Assembly (NCBI GenBank): GCA_965649825.1
Contig: OZ287696.1
Coordinates: forward strand, 477,101-541,100
Length of the DNA stretch: 64,000 nt
Reading direction: 5' to 3'
From: Penicillus capitatus
Taxonomy: Eukaryota > Plantae > Chlorophyta
The notes beneath the pieces are model-generated. The model saw only the letters and a list, made by a program, of their open reading frames with translations, made no database searches and was not told where the DNA came from. Below are positions 1-11,628 of this stretch, one piece after another. Position 1 is the stretch's first letter. Every line of letters begins with the position of its first letter. The position numbers were made by a program, and so were the translations under genes.

Positions 1-596
1 TCACAACGTCGGATCCAGACCCAACCTCTGACATAGCCAGCGCACCAACCTTCTCTCCTGCCATCCAGTCACTGCTGGAAGAATGCCATGGGATGTCGAG
101 CGATAAAGTCTCTATACCTGAGATAAGATCGGGCAAGTACCTTAATGCCTGATCTTTGGTGGCATGTCGCTGTAACTGAGAGATGCAGATGTTGCTATGG
201 GCACCATACGCCAAGGCAATGGATCCCGAGGCTCGACTGAGCTCTTCCATGGCGATACAATGGTGCAAGTAGCTTAATCCGAGGCCCCCATAGGCTGGAG
301 ACGCGGTAATACCTAAAAACAGGGTTGTGTCTGCTATGATCTAATGAGGAGTGTCGAATACCGTGCAGTCCGAAGTCTGCCATGCGTTTCCATAGGTTCA
401 CTTCAGAGGGAAAGCTGTTCTCCTGGTCCACTCGAGCCGCATAGGGGGCTATGTGCTCACGGGCAAAATCATGTACGACGGTTCGAAATTCCTCGACATC
501 TTCAAAGCCTTCATTGCTGGCAATTTCGCCGAGATCTCGCTTGGTAAGACGTTGCACCGACGTATATCGCCACAATCGACGTGCAGCGCACCGCAT
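1..596 (-). CDS. IVD: Isovaleryl-CoA dehydrogenase, mitochondrial (3' end runs off the window)
   Basis: Spliced reading MRCAARR...[20 protein letters not shown]...[12 protein letters not shown]|[46 protein letters not shown]...YLPDLISG|[18 protein letters not shown]. These are acyl-CoA dehydrogenase/IVD signatures, with two GT-AG introns and an N-terminal presequence. Confidence 0.93.
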
Positions 597-748
597 CGTG
601 CTCTAAGAAGCCGAAACGGCAGTCGTCCTTGACGCTTGTTGACGTGGACACTGATGTGACGTCGTTGTGTTGAGATGACAGTGTCCGAAGCAGTCGACTA
701 TCCCGGAGGTCGTCCGTCTGATTTTTTTCAAGTCGCCTGCGTCGCCGT

Positions 749-1408
749 ATGGGTTCTCTCACATTCGACATTGACTTACACGAACAACGCGAAGCGCGAC
801 CGTATAAAGTGAGACACTTCATGCGAGAAGTACTGTGACCACGTGAGCGACGACGTGTGGCGTAGCTGCACAAAAACATTTCCTTAACCGACGGCACAAC
901 ACGCACAAATTTAGAGATTGGCAGGTCGCTCATCTTCCGCCTCTTTTCGTTGATGTGAAGCTTTGTCTCACATTGTAGCCCTTTGCGTGATACGGGTTGC
1001 TTGGCGGAGTTACAGACACTACTGCAGGTGATGCATATGGTCCCAGATGCCTCGATGGGACGTTTGACGGTTCCGTAGGGATTTCCTGTTCAGCATTCGC
1101 CGAAGATCACAGCTTTTGGAGTGTCTCCGCCTGTCCGCAGTGGGCGGAAGGGAGGAGCCGAAAATCCGTTGACATTTGATCCAACATGGCAGAGATTGAC
1201 GCGAACATATGTGTGTCGCAATCTTCACGCCATACGGAAAAACGAACGTCGAACACATGTCAGACGCATCTGGTCAGGCAACGACAATGTCTTGGCGGCG
1301 GCAGTGGGTGAAGAGTGGGCCTCCACTGTCGACGAGACATACGATGACAGCAGGGATGATGAACCGGGGAAGAATCCCTTTGCATGTGAAGTTCGTTATT
1401 ATGACTAG
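749..1408 (+). CDS. Hypothetical protein, about 165 aa, 4 exons
   Basis: In-frame GT-AG splice model MGSLTFDIDLHEQREARPYK|LHKNISLTDGTTRTNLEIGS|PLRDTGCLAELQTLLQ|GFPVQHSPKITAFGVSPP...KNPFACEVRYYD*. No family recognised. Confidence 0.5.
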
Positions 1409-1879
1409 TTTTGCACACGTGGCCCTTTATTTGACTGGTGGGGAGGAGTAGGTCTAACTAAGTCTTCAAAGCATGTGTGCGACGATAGGTCTCACTGTGC
1501 GCACGGAGCTTTGTTTAGTCAATTTTTTGCTGCACACAATGTCACATACTGTCCAAATTGGCTTCCAGAAATGAGATGGCCAGGTGTCAGAGTGGATCCT
1601 GTTGCAAGCATCTGTCACTTATACACGCTCGTAGAGCTGGGTCGGTTTTTTTTTTCCTTTTGACGAATGCACATCCGTCGTTATCACTGTCAGACACAAC
1701 TGTATTTTGGCCTGCAACACAAGAATTTGAGGTCCTCTATCCTCGTCATAAAGAGATGGTCACGGTTCCCATGAATTCTCAACGACAGAATGGGTTAAGG
1801 GAATAACATGGCAATGTGCGGTATGGTATGGTATGGTGGTTGATGTAAAGCAACATTACATGGTATCCGATCCATCCCT

Positions 1880-2940
1880 CTACGGTTCTTTCTTGCGCTC
1901 TTCAATGAGTGCATTACGTAGCTCTTGTAATTCCGATAGCGTGTCTTCGGGCATCGCATCTCGCAAGACGGCCTCTTTCGATGTTGTTTCTTGATCCTGC
2001 AATATCATATCGAGATCTCTCTTAGACTTCTGGACCTCGGACAGAAAGAAATCGGAACTCCTGATGGTTCAATGACAGGAGAGCGGAGCAAAAGGCAGAG
2101 ATGACTTACTGACAGTCGACCATGGGGGGCTGAATGCAGGTATCGCGTGCATCATTATCAGAAGTCACCACTGTGATCCTCCGCGTCCCTTCAGCTAGAT
2201 ACCTATCAGCTTCGATTTTGAGGCCGAAATCTGCTTCGTATTCGGTACAGTATACGATGTCCATTCCATATGACGACTGTCGATTCATCGACTCATCTGG
2301 CGGCTGAGCTTCGGGCAGGACGAGGGTCGGGGAGCTTTACCTGAATAGCGATTGCCGACGGCGTCGTATACGATGCATGTCCGAAAGCCCCTTCCTTGAC
2401 TGTAGATGCTGATGTCCTCTTCCATCATCTCGCGCCGTTCCCTGAACTCCTTCCCGTTAAAACGTCGCTTTTCTGTCAATGCAGAACGGCATGTGTTGTG
2501 CAACTTCCTCGCAGCTTCTTCACCTTGCTTTGCCATTTCGGCTAACAGATTGTACCCATCGATCACCAATCCTTCTGGATTCTCTGTCATATCCGACCCA
2601 TAAAGATTCTTCAGATGTTGGGGTGCATCATCGAGTTCATGCGGATTATATCCTTCCCTTTCCATCGCAGTTTCTCCCGGCATGTTCTTGTGTCGGTAAC
2701 ATCTTGAACCCTTTCTTGAACCCTTTGAACCTGTCGTCGTTGTGTTGCTCTCGGTGTTTGCCTGTCGATCACCATAGTAAGTGGAGAGAGATGACAGAAC
2801 GGGCGAATCACGTCTCTCTCCGCTTCTTTCTCCCCAAGCGTCTTCTTTCGATTGCGAAATCTTTCGCCGTTCGTTGGCGACGTGACTTTCGTATTTTTCC
2901 TTGACTTCAGATCATCGTATTGAAGGAAGGAGATCCATGG
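1880..2940 (-). CDS. YacP/Rae1-like NYN-domain ribonuclease (5' end approximate)
   Basis: Motifs LVIDGYN, CIVYDA, EADFGLKIE and ITVVTSD in the ORFs at 2285-2683 and 2106-2288. The last exon ends EERKKEP* (TAG at 1880-1882). Confidence 0.8.
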
Positions 2941-3369
2941 AATGATGGCAGATCACTTCGGAGTTGTTCAAGACCCGAACGGCGTTGCGCAATCCACCCA
3001 GGTCACGGATATCTTCAGATGTCAATCTCTTCGGTGTATCCTGCGACTCCTGCAACTCTTTCATCTGGACACCCACCCTATGCTGTCTATGCGTCTATGA
3101 ATTGGTCAATCTGTCACCTTTTGTCGATGGCGACCTTTCTTACGGCACCATATCACTAACTCTGTCCGTTCTCGAACGACGCGATCGCGGATCGAGATTT
3201 CCCGACCTCGAGTCAAACGTCCGTATCTGTCTAGAAAAGACATATCGCTTTACCGACGGACGATGAATAAAAAATGAACAACATCACGCACCTGGAGTGG
3301 TCATATGCTACGACACGTGGCTTCGAGATATATCGAGGCAAAGTCTCGAGCTACCGAAGCTCCGACCGC

Positions 3370-4610
3370 ATGCGGCCCATGACACAAGGACGACAATGGA
3401 CGCTTCCGACAAACGCAGGCAGTGCACTGCCACAACGTCCAGTCCGTGGCCTCGCGCGACGATTTCCGCCGAGAAGACTATTTGGAAAGGGATCCAGACT
3501 AAAATGGTCTGCCATGCGAATGGATAGCGATTGGCAAGGAGAACACAGTCGACAGCGGAGCCTTCTCTCAACAGACGACGGCGAGACAGAGTTCGTGGCG
3601 GAGACACTATTGCCAACACGCTCTGGACTCTTTCGTCTCAGGGGATACAGACACAGCGTTTCAGCCTTCCTTCCCCTCATATGTATGTTCGAACTGTTGT
3701 GCAGGTGGATGGATGGCGGACGTGTTCCGAGCCGGCCGCTATTATCAGTGGTGACATCGAAGGACTCTCCGAAGTGCGTTCTGTTATACGATGTTCTGAA
3801 AGAATGTGTGATGTGTGTATGCAGGTTCCTGTTCGGGTTCACGACGCTTGTTTCACTTCAGGTGGGGCAGACAGCGGTTGACTCGTCGGATATCAACGTG
3901 GTGGTGCAGAGGTTCTTGGGTCCATGAAGTGTGACTGCGCCGAGCAATTGCAGCTTGCGCTAGCGTACATTCAAAAGAATTCTCCCGGAATGGTGATCTA
4001 TCTCCAACAGGAAGGACGGGGCATCGGATTGGCTAACAAAATCGCGGCATATGCCATCCAAGTGGCCATCGTATGGATCACTGTGCCTGTAAAGCGGATG
4101 CATGTCTTAGGAATCTGGTTTGGACACGGTGGATGCGAATACGGCATTGGGATTACCTATCGACTGTCGTGAATACACATCTGTTGCAAACATTCTCAAA
4201 GATTTGAACATTGGCAGCATCAAGCTTATGGTCACTCTATTGCAAGAAAGAGGGAAAAATCTAAGGTTTTCTGTCTAGACGAACAATCCTAGAAAAGTGC
4301 ATGTCCTGGAGAGCCTCGGTATTGAAATTACGGAACGGATTCCGTGTCTCGTTCAGCCCGGCCTATACAATCAAGTGAACTGCAGTTTCGGATCGGATCA
4401 AAATGATCATCAAGTGCGATCTGGTAGAGATATTTGGAGGTCAAAGAGAAACGCATGGATCATGTGTTGGACGGCAGTTGGTGTTTCTGGGATCACGATG
4501 GCGATCTTTCTGTGTTGGAACCAGGTCTGTGGCCCAGTTCTCCACTCTCCTCGTCTCATCGCGCTGCTGTAGGAAACGACGTGACACCTGAAGATCGTCC
4601 GACTGAGTGA
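3370..4610 (+). CDS. ribA: GTP cyclohydrolase II (RibA-type, no DHBP synthase domain), with a transit-peptide-like N-terminus
   Basis: [40 protein letters not shown] (three Zn-binding Cys), [50 protein letters not shown]. Confidence 0.93.
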
Positions 4611-4774
4611 TACGTGGCTATACTCTATGTGCGTGATATGCCTGTCCTGACGACCTTTATTGTTTATGTGGACAATGATGTGACCTTTCATCATTTTCCT
4701 TGTCTTCGCTCGTTCGATACCGGCGCTGTTGTCGCGTTAACTCTGTCCGTTACTTGGCGAGAGCGACGTAGGAC

Positions 4775-6855
4775 ATGAGATTCAAGACGCTGCAGATAGT
4801 CTGGCACGAAAGTCAGCCAATCTTTGCGATCGAGTTTCTGTCAGACGGCGTCGTCGCCACTGGCGGTGCCGACAAAGTCATCCGCGTAGCCTTCTTACCT
4901 GTCTACTCGGCAACGCACCCATGAGCTTCATGTTCTAGACGTGGAGCGTAAGAGCCGTGATGCGGATGACGTCTTTGTGTGACGCTTTCTCTGCCGAAGG
5001 TCGATAAGAGTTTGGAAAAGAGCCTCGGCGTGACATTGGAGAGCGAATTGACTGGGCTCAACGGTTCCGTCAATTGCATTCGCCGTTCTCCTCGATGTGC
5101 TTTCCATCCTACCTGATGATCCTCATGAAAATCGCCGTGTCACGGACAGATGATCTGTTTGCAAGTGGAGGAGACAGAGGAGAAGTCATTGTGTGGAAAA
5201 GGAACGCAGAATATACAAAGGAGTCAGAAACGCAAGCAAAACCATGGAAGGCTGCTTCTTTCCTCAGGCACAGATAGCAGGTCATACTGAGTGAGACGAC
5301 GGTTAACTTTTCAGGGGTCATGCCAATGACATTTTTGATATGGACTGGTCATCTGATGGGTCATCCCTGGCGACGGTGTCGCTAGAAGGGGTCACAATTA
5401 TATGGGATATACAGAGAGAACAAGCAAAGGTCGTCGGAGATGGTTTTATACTTAAGAGAAGGGCGATGGATTTCTGGATGCGCAGATACGTTTGTGTGAT
5501 CATCATCATTACGTCCAAGGAGTGGCATGGGATCCTCTGAATCATTTCTTGGTGACACAAGGAGGCGATCGACGATGCAAGATCTACACACGATCTGCCG
5601 CATCGCATTCCAAGAAGGAGACGGCTGCCAAATCTGCAGGACAATGGAAAGTCGGAAGAACACTGCATAAAACAAAGAACGCCTTACGTACAGCAATCTC
5701 TGTCGTTCCGTCCACTGCTGACTGACAACGTCGATGCAGATGAAGAAGCATCACCATCTGCCAGAGAGTTTCTCTTTCACGACGACACCTTGACCAGCTT
5801 TTTCAGGCGACTGGCGTGGTCGCCTGAAGGTATGGATGGCATCCTTCGTGAGTTAGATGGCAGGGCGTAATGCAGGTTCGTTCCTGGTGGTTCCTGCTGG
5901 ATTGAAGAGATTTGGCTCTGAGAATCAGGCAGCCATCCACGTTGCATATGTATACATTAGAGGGAAATGGTACCTATATAATCCATTTGTGCAATATCGG
6001 GTTGCCCTGCCTGGTGGTGAATGTAGGTCAGTGCCTGGCGCTTGTCTGTTGGGCATCGGCGAGCCCTTTGTCGCCGTACGCTTCTGTCCGGTCCTCTTCG
6101 AGAACAGCACAGATGGCGACGAGAATGTGTTCTCGGATCTTCCCTACACGGTTGTATTTGCGTGTGCCACTCTGCACAGTGTCTTCATCTACACAACGCA
6201 GGTTACTACATGAGAGATGATCGATCGAGGTGTCCGTCATCTTGCCTTTGTGCAGAAATCCACGCCTGTCGCTTTGCTGTGCGGATTGCATTTTTCGACC
6301 ATTACGGATATGGCATGGTCTGCCGATGGGACACATCTGATGATCGCCTCTCGAGATGGCTACTGCACGGTGGTACAGTTTGAAGAAGCCGAACTGGGTG
6401 TACCCTTCGATCGTTCCACCCTCGCCAGCACCGATGCTGCGGCATCTGAATGGTTTGAATCTCTGGAAGAGGTGCAAAACCGCAAAGATCTGCTTCCTGC
6501 GAAGAGACACATCCGGCCACAGAAATTGGCGTCTGATGAAAAGAGACCTAATCTCGGGCGTCAGTGTCCAAGCGGCGTGCAGAGTCCAGCTCGTGCGAGA
6601 CGCAGGATCACGCCCATCGTTGTGGCAGAGGATGCCGAGGTCGAGAGCCAGACTGCGCCGCCCAAAGAGACAGACGAGAAGATCGCCGAGATGATGTCCT
6701 CTCGACAGACCCCGAGTTCCTCGTTCTTTTCAGAACTGAAGAGATTGGCCGGAAAGGACGAAGCCAAGACAGATTCTCCAAACAAAGGCACCACCTCATT
6801 GACAGATCTCTTTGCCATGAGCGCTCAACACGCCAAGGACCGCTTTGGACTGTAA
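4775..6855 (+). CDS. FAS2: Chromatin assembly factor 1 subunit B (p60/FAS2/Cac2), WD40
   Basis: MRFKTLQIVWHESQPIFAIEF, YVQGVAWDPLNHFLVTQGGDR, FFRRLAWSPEGSFLVVPAG, VAVRFCPVLF, LHFSTITDMAWSADG, SRDGYCT, and a C-terminal RRRITP (B-domain-like). Confidence 0.92.
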
Positions 6856-7097
6856 GCAAAGCAGTGAGGAGCGGCAGGCAATCATACAAGTATGCCGAGC
6901 TGCGTGCGCTCTTACACAGCTAAAGACTCATCGTCAGTCAGATTATGTCTACGTACACGTATTAAATGAAAGGGGTTTGGCATTCTCAGCTTGTCTGCAC
7001 ATGTCGAGTGAATAATAGAGGCCTTCAGAGAACCCACCACGACAACAACGGCGACAATAACAACAATAACATAGAAAAGTGAGGTATCGACTGTCTT

Positions 7098-10000
7098 CTA
7101 CACTTCGAACGTTGTTGGACCAAATCCGTCGCAGTGCAATGCCCACATCTTATGAAACACCTTTTCGAGGTCTTTAACCCATCCCGCTGTGTCGAACAAT
7201 GGACAGGACAATCTTCGACGCTTTAACTCTTCTCTTAATCCAATACGTTTCTCATGATTCAAGCCTAGCTCCACAGCTTTCTCTTCGTACTCGACATGAT
7301 CCGTAACCACCATTTCACTCCCGAGACCGGTAGCCGTGCACAGACTCGCAGCCACACGAGATGCCATACGATCCAAGGGAAGAGTGATCATGGGACATCC
7401 ACCCCATAATACATCACAGCCTGTTGTGTGGGCATTGCACAGAGGGGTATCCAGGAAGACATCGGCCAAGCCAGAACGTTTGATATGGATATCTTTCTGT
7501 GCCACGTCTGTGAAAATGATTCTGTTGTGATCAACACCGTGATCCACAGCTCTTTGGCGGATCTTCTGTTCGCCGTAGGGAGGAAAACGCAACAACCAGA
7601 GAACGGAATCCGGAACGCGGTTCAAGATATTGCACCACGCTTCGAATGTCCTGGGATCGTATTTATACAGCTGATTGGAGCATGAGTAGATGATCTTGTC
7701 CTCGGGCAGTCCAAAATCGGTTCTGCTCGGCAAGTTCTCCCCTGTCAACAGATCTCTGTGTTGCTGTTTGTAGTCGTTGACAAAATAACAGTTGGGCATT
7801 AAGGCCAGTTTCTCTGAATAGCAGTCCCAGTGCTCTTGAGGGGCGACGACTTTGTCGGTGATCAAATACGGCAAGAAGGATGCACCTGTCGTTGCAGGGA
7901 ATCCCATGTACGAAGTCTGGATGGGAGCCGGAAGCAAAGCAAAGATCTCATTTCTGGCTCCTTTGGTATATCCATTTAAGTTTACGGCAATCTGGATACC
8001 GTCAGCAGAAATTTTGCCGGCGATATCGACGACGTTCCAGGAGGAGACATCAACGAAATGCTCGGCTTCTCGTTCGATCTTCTGACGCCATTCGGAATCA
8101 TCATTGGGGGAAAGCGCATAGCAGAACACTTCTATCTCCATACGATCATGGTATCCAAATACTGAGGCCATAAGATGCGACAGGGGATGGTTGCCAAAAT
8201 CACTGCTGACATATCCGATCTTCAATCTCTGTCCCGGAACCAGATGCGTGGCAGGCGGATGTGCAAACTTAGGCGCACCCAGACGCGATGCCGTCATCAA
8301 GCAGTGCTCTGCGTACTTCTTGCTAATTTCCAGTGCCAGATCTCGCGAGAAGGGATAGGCCATTGCATGGAAAGGCTGGACGGGTGGCAGCCTTCCGTTT
8401 GCCAGATCACGACGCACTTCACTCTCCAGTCTGAAAAAGAGATTGTCTCGGTCTTGCCAATCGCAGATACACTGCAAACTATGGACCAGATTAGCAAACG
8501 CCTCTGGGAAATCTGGACGAATCGTCAAGGCTCTTTTATAAGATGCAATCGCCACATCGTGCCGTGCTGCATCCTTGTATGCCGATGCCAGATTGGCATG
8601 AGCTTCAGGTGATTCAGGCTGCAACAGGGCAATGTGCTCGTAGCAGGAGATAGCTTCTGCTGCTCGTCCTTGCATCTTCAGAATGCCGCCCAGGTTGTTG
8701 TAAGCAACGGCCAATCTCTGCGCTTGTTGGGCAGCTGCAATTTGTGGATTGGTGCGATAGGCAGCTGCCATTGCAGCATTCTGAGGACGCTGGTACTGTA
8801 ACTGAATGCAGGATGTGTAACATTGAATGGCTTCTTCAGTACGGCCGGCTTCACGGAATGCGTTTCCCAAGTTATTGTAGGCTTCGGGAAAGTTAGGTTC
8901 AATCACGAGCGCTTGTTGATAAGTCTGAATGGATTGAGCCAATTTTCCTTGGTCGTAATAGATTCCTGTAAACTCCCCAGATTCAATGCAATCACTCTTT
9001 CAAAGAAGCTGGAAGGAACCTGCAAGGTTTCCAAGAGAGAGGGCACATCCCGGTCGGAGTTTGACCACTCGCTCAAAACATGCAGCAGCGTCGTCTTTTC
9101 TCTTGAGTTCTTTCAGGGAAACACCCATGCCTGTATAGGCATCGGCATAGTTCAGCTTCACTCTTATTGCTTGCTACACCATTCAAGAGTGGAATTTGAA
9201 TCAGAATGGCAAATGGGATGCTACTTCATAGCACATGACAGCTTGAAGGTGGTTTCCAGCTTCACGGAACAAGTCTCCCAAACCACGCCATGCCGGCGCA
9301 TAGGCTTTATTCAAACGCAGTGCTTCAGAGTAACATCTCTGAGCTGCCTGTCTGCCAACTTGTCCCTGAGCTCTCCACAAGTCACCCAGATTGTTATGTA
9401 CATCGACCTGTCACATCATATGCTTCGTTTGTAACGCGCTCGCGACATCGTGACAGAAACGCACTAGATTCGGATCTAGACGTAAAGCTGTCATGTAGCA
9501 TTCCATGGCTTGCGGAATTAGTCCCTTCTGCACAAGAGCACTCGCCATATTGTTATAAGCATCTGTGAAGCCTGGTTTCAATCGAATGGCAGACTGGAAA
9601 CACACAGACAACGACAGTATCTCGACAGGTGTCTTGTGGTGGATGTCGGACCTGATAGTAGATAATGGCCATATCATAATTTCCCATTTGTTGTAAAGCA
9701 TTAGCCAGATTAGCGTGCGCCTCTGCCATTGTTGGATCCAGAAGAATACATCGGTCGTTAAAGGCGATACATTGCTCATAGTTCTTCATCTGATAATAGA
9801 TCGCCCCTATCAAGAGCAAGACTTCGGTTCGATTTGAGTTCTCGACATATGCCTATCCAGCCAAACAGATGCATAACAGATAGATGGACAGATTCAGGCA
9901 CACGTACAGGTTGGCAGTTCTGTAGAGCCAGAGGGTAGTTTCCTTGACGATACGCTTCGTGCGCTTGACGTAGCAGCAGCTCTGGATCTTGCAACATGAC

Positions 10001-10453
10001 CGTCGCCTGCGAAGGCACTTGAACATTTCCTTGTAACACAGAAGCGTTCTGCATGACGTTGCTGTGCTGGTCCATCGCCCAGACGCCTGGAGACGGATTA
10101 TCAGTATCTCTATTCCCTGGCCGTATCCATCCACACCTTCCAGAACACATCCCTCGTTGACGCAACTCACCGTTTTCAAGCTCTTCGCGTGAGGCGCCGT
10201 AGTGGACGGACGCGACCGCCGTGCGCTGTTGTGGATGCATCAGTCCGTTTGCTTCGGTATTTGAGGCCGACGAGGAACGGTACGCCGAGTTCGTATCACG
10301 TCCGGAGACCGTCGCAATTCGAAAAGACGTCCCGTCATCGCCGACGCGTTCGTTTGTTGCGAGACCAAGCAAACGACTGTCGACCACTGCTGTCGCCCCG
10401 GGATCCATTCCATTCCCGACCCCACCCGGATTCTCTAAAGGCAAACCTGACAT
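7098..10453 (-). CDS. SEC: O-GlcNAc transferase, SECRET AGENT type (TPR repeats + GT41)
   Basis: Multiple TPRs (AEAHANLANALQQ, PEAYNNLGN). Catalytic motifs GYVSSDFGNHPLSHLM, NLNGYTKGAR, YMGFP, YKYDP, DVFLDTPLCNAHTTGCD and SRVAASL. Confidence 0.96.
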
Positions 10454-10733
10454 CGTTCGACGACCTCACCAAGGCTGTCGGCTCAAAATTCGATAAGACT
10501 ACGGCAAGCGAGGTTCCGTAGAGTAGCGCCACGTTTTAAAACGCACTTCCACGGACACCGCCACGCGACACGTACGCATTCAAGACAGTGAAGTTGATGT
10601 GACAGCGAGATGATCCGTTTGAACCCGCCTGACGTTATCATCGCGACAGTGACATGTTCACCAGTCCAGCCTCGTTCTTGTGGTCGTACAAACGCACGAC
10701 GCTGAATCGATTCTTCATCTCTTCGCACGCACA

Positions 10734-11111
10734 ATGTCTGTCGCCAGCCACGAATCGAACAGGAGCGTTTTCGAGTTAGTCGCCGAGCGATATCAATGGG
10801 TGCGTGAGAGCATGCGTCGTCCCTGGCGCATTATCCCTCCTAAGGCTCAGCCCGGTACGCAAACGGACATCGCCCCAGAAGAAAACCATTCTTTCGCGAG
10901 CTTTCGCTCAGAGCCGGCGCTCAAGGACGAGGACAAAGTGCACTCGTGGGATGACGGCGTGCCTGGACTGAAACATGTGGATTCGTTTGCGCTGTCAAAA
11001 GAAATGGTGCAGCAGGCAGAGGGCGAAGGAAAGGGCCCGTTTCGTTTTCTCAATAACATTTTATTGCAAGCCATTGCTGTTGTCTGCATCGTCTGCCTTA
11101 TCATCAAATGA
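10734..11111 (+). CDS. Hypothetical tail-anchored membrane protein, about 125 aa, intronless
   Basis: ORF MSVASHESNRSVF...FRFLNNILLQAIAVVCIVCLIIK*. A single hydrophobic segment lies at the extreme C-terminus. Confidence 0.55.
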   Translation: MSVASHESNRSVFELVAERYQWVRESMRRPWRIIPPKAQPGTQTDIAPEENHSFASFRSEPALKDEDKVHSWDDGVPGLKHVDSFALSKEMVQQAEGEGKGPFRFLNNILLQAIAVVCIVCLIIK

Positions 11112-11628
11112 TGTGACGGCTGGCTGCAGTGAGCGTCTCTGGGTAGCAGCCGTCTCAACATGATTCACCACAAGGCATGCACGATTTCTCTTGTTTTTAT
11201 AAATCTTTCAGAAACAAACTACCTTTTGTCGTGAACTGTCTCTCGTCTCGAAGAATGAGAAGTGTGAGACTGAAGAGGAGAAACACCATTCCTTTTATCG
11301 TTTGTACATGTTGTTGTCTGATTGGACTGCGGGAAAGCCGAATATTCGGTTGAATCTGAGTGTTGATTGATATGCACCGTTGTCTATGCTGGATTCCTTT
11401 TACAATGAAAAGTGTTAATGGTATAGGATTGAGTGGATAGGCAGACAGACACTGATGGGGTCTTAACCGGATGGATCCGTCTTTGAGGAGTGCACTAGGT
11501 CATTGCCATCTCTCTACATGATCGCGTACCGTATACCGACCGTATTTGTGCCTCTTACACGGCGAATCCGCACTCGCAGCGCGCTCGCATCGTCTTCTCT
11601 GTATCTGTGCGCAGCAGCATCGTCGAGA

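Noticed and set aside
1475-1806. Short plus-strand ORFs between the orphan gene and YacP
   Set aside because: No clean splice model or motif; probably UTR or intergenic sequence.
1820-1837. Short simple repeats (GGTAT x3 here; also GGGCTT near 63958 and poly-A at 58138-58148)
   Set aside because: Too short to be meaningful; not telomeric or CRISPR-like.
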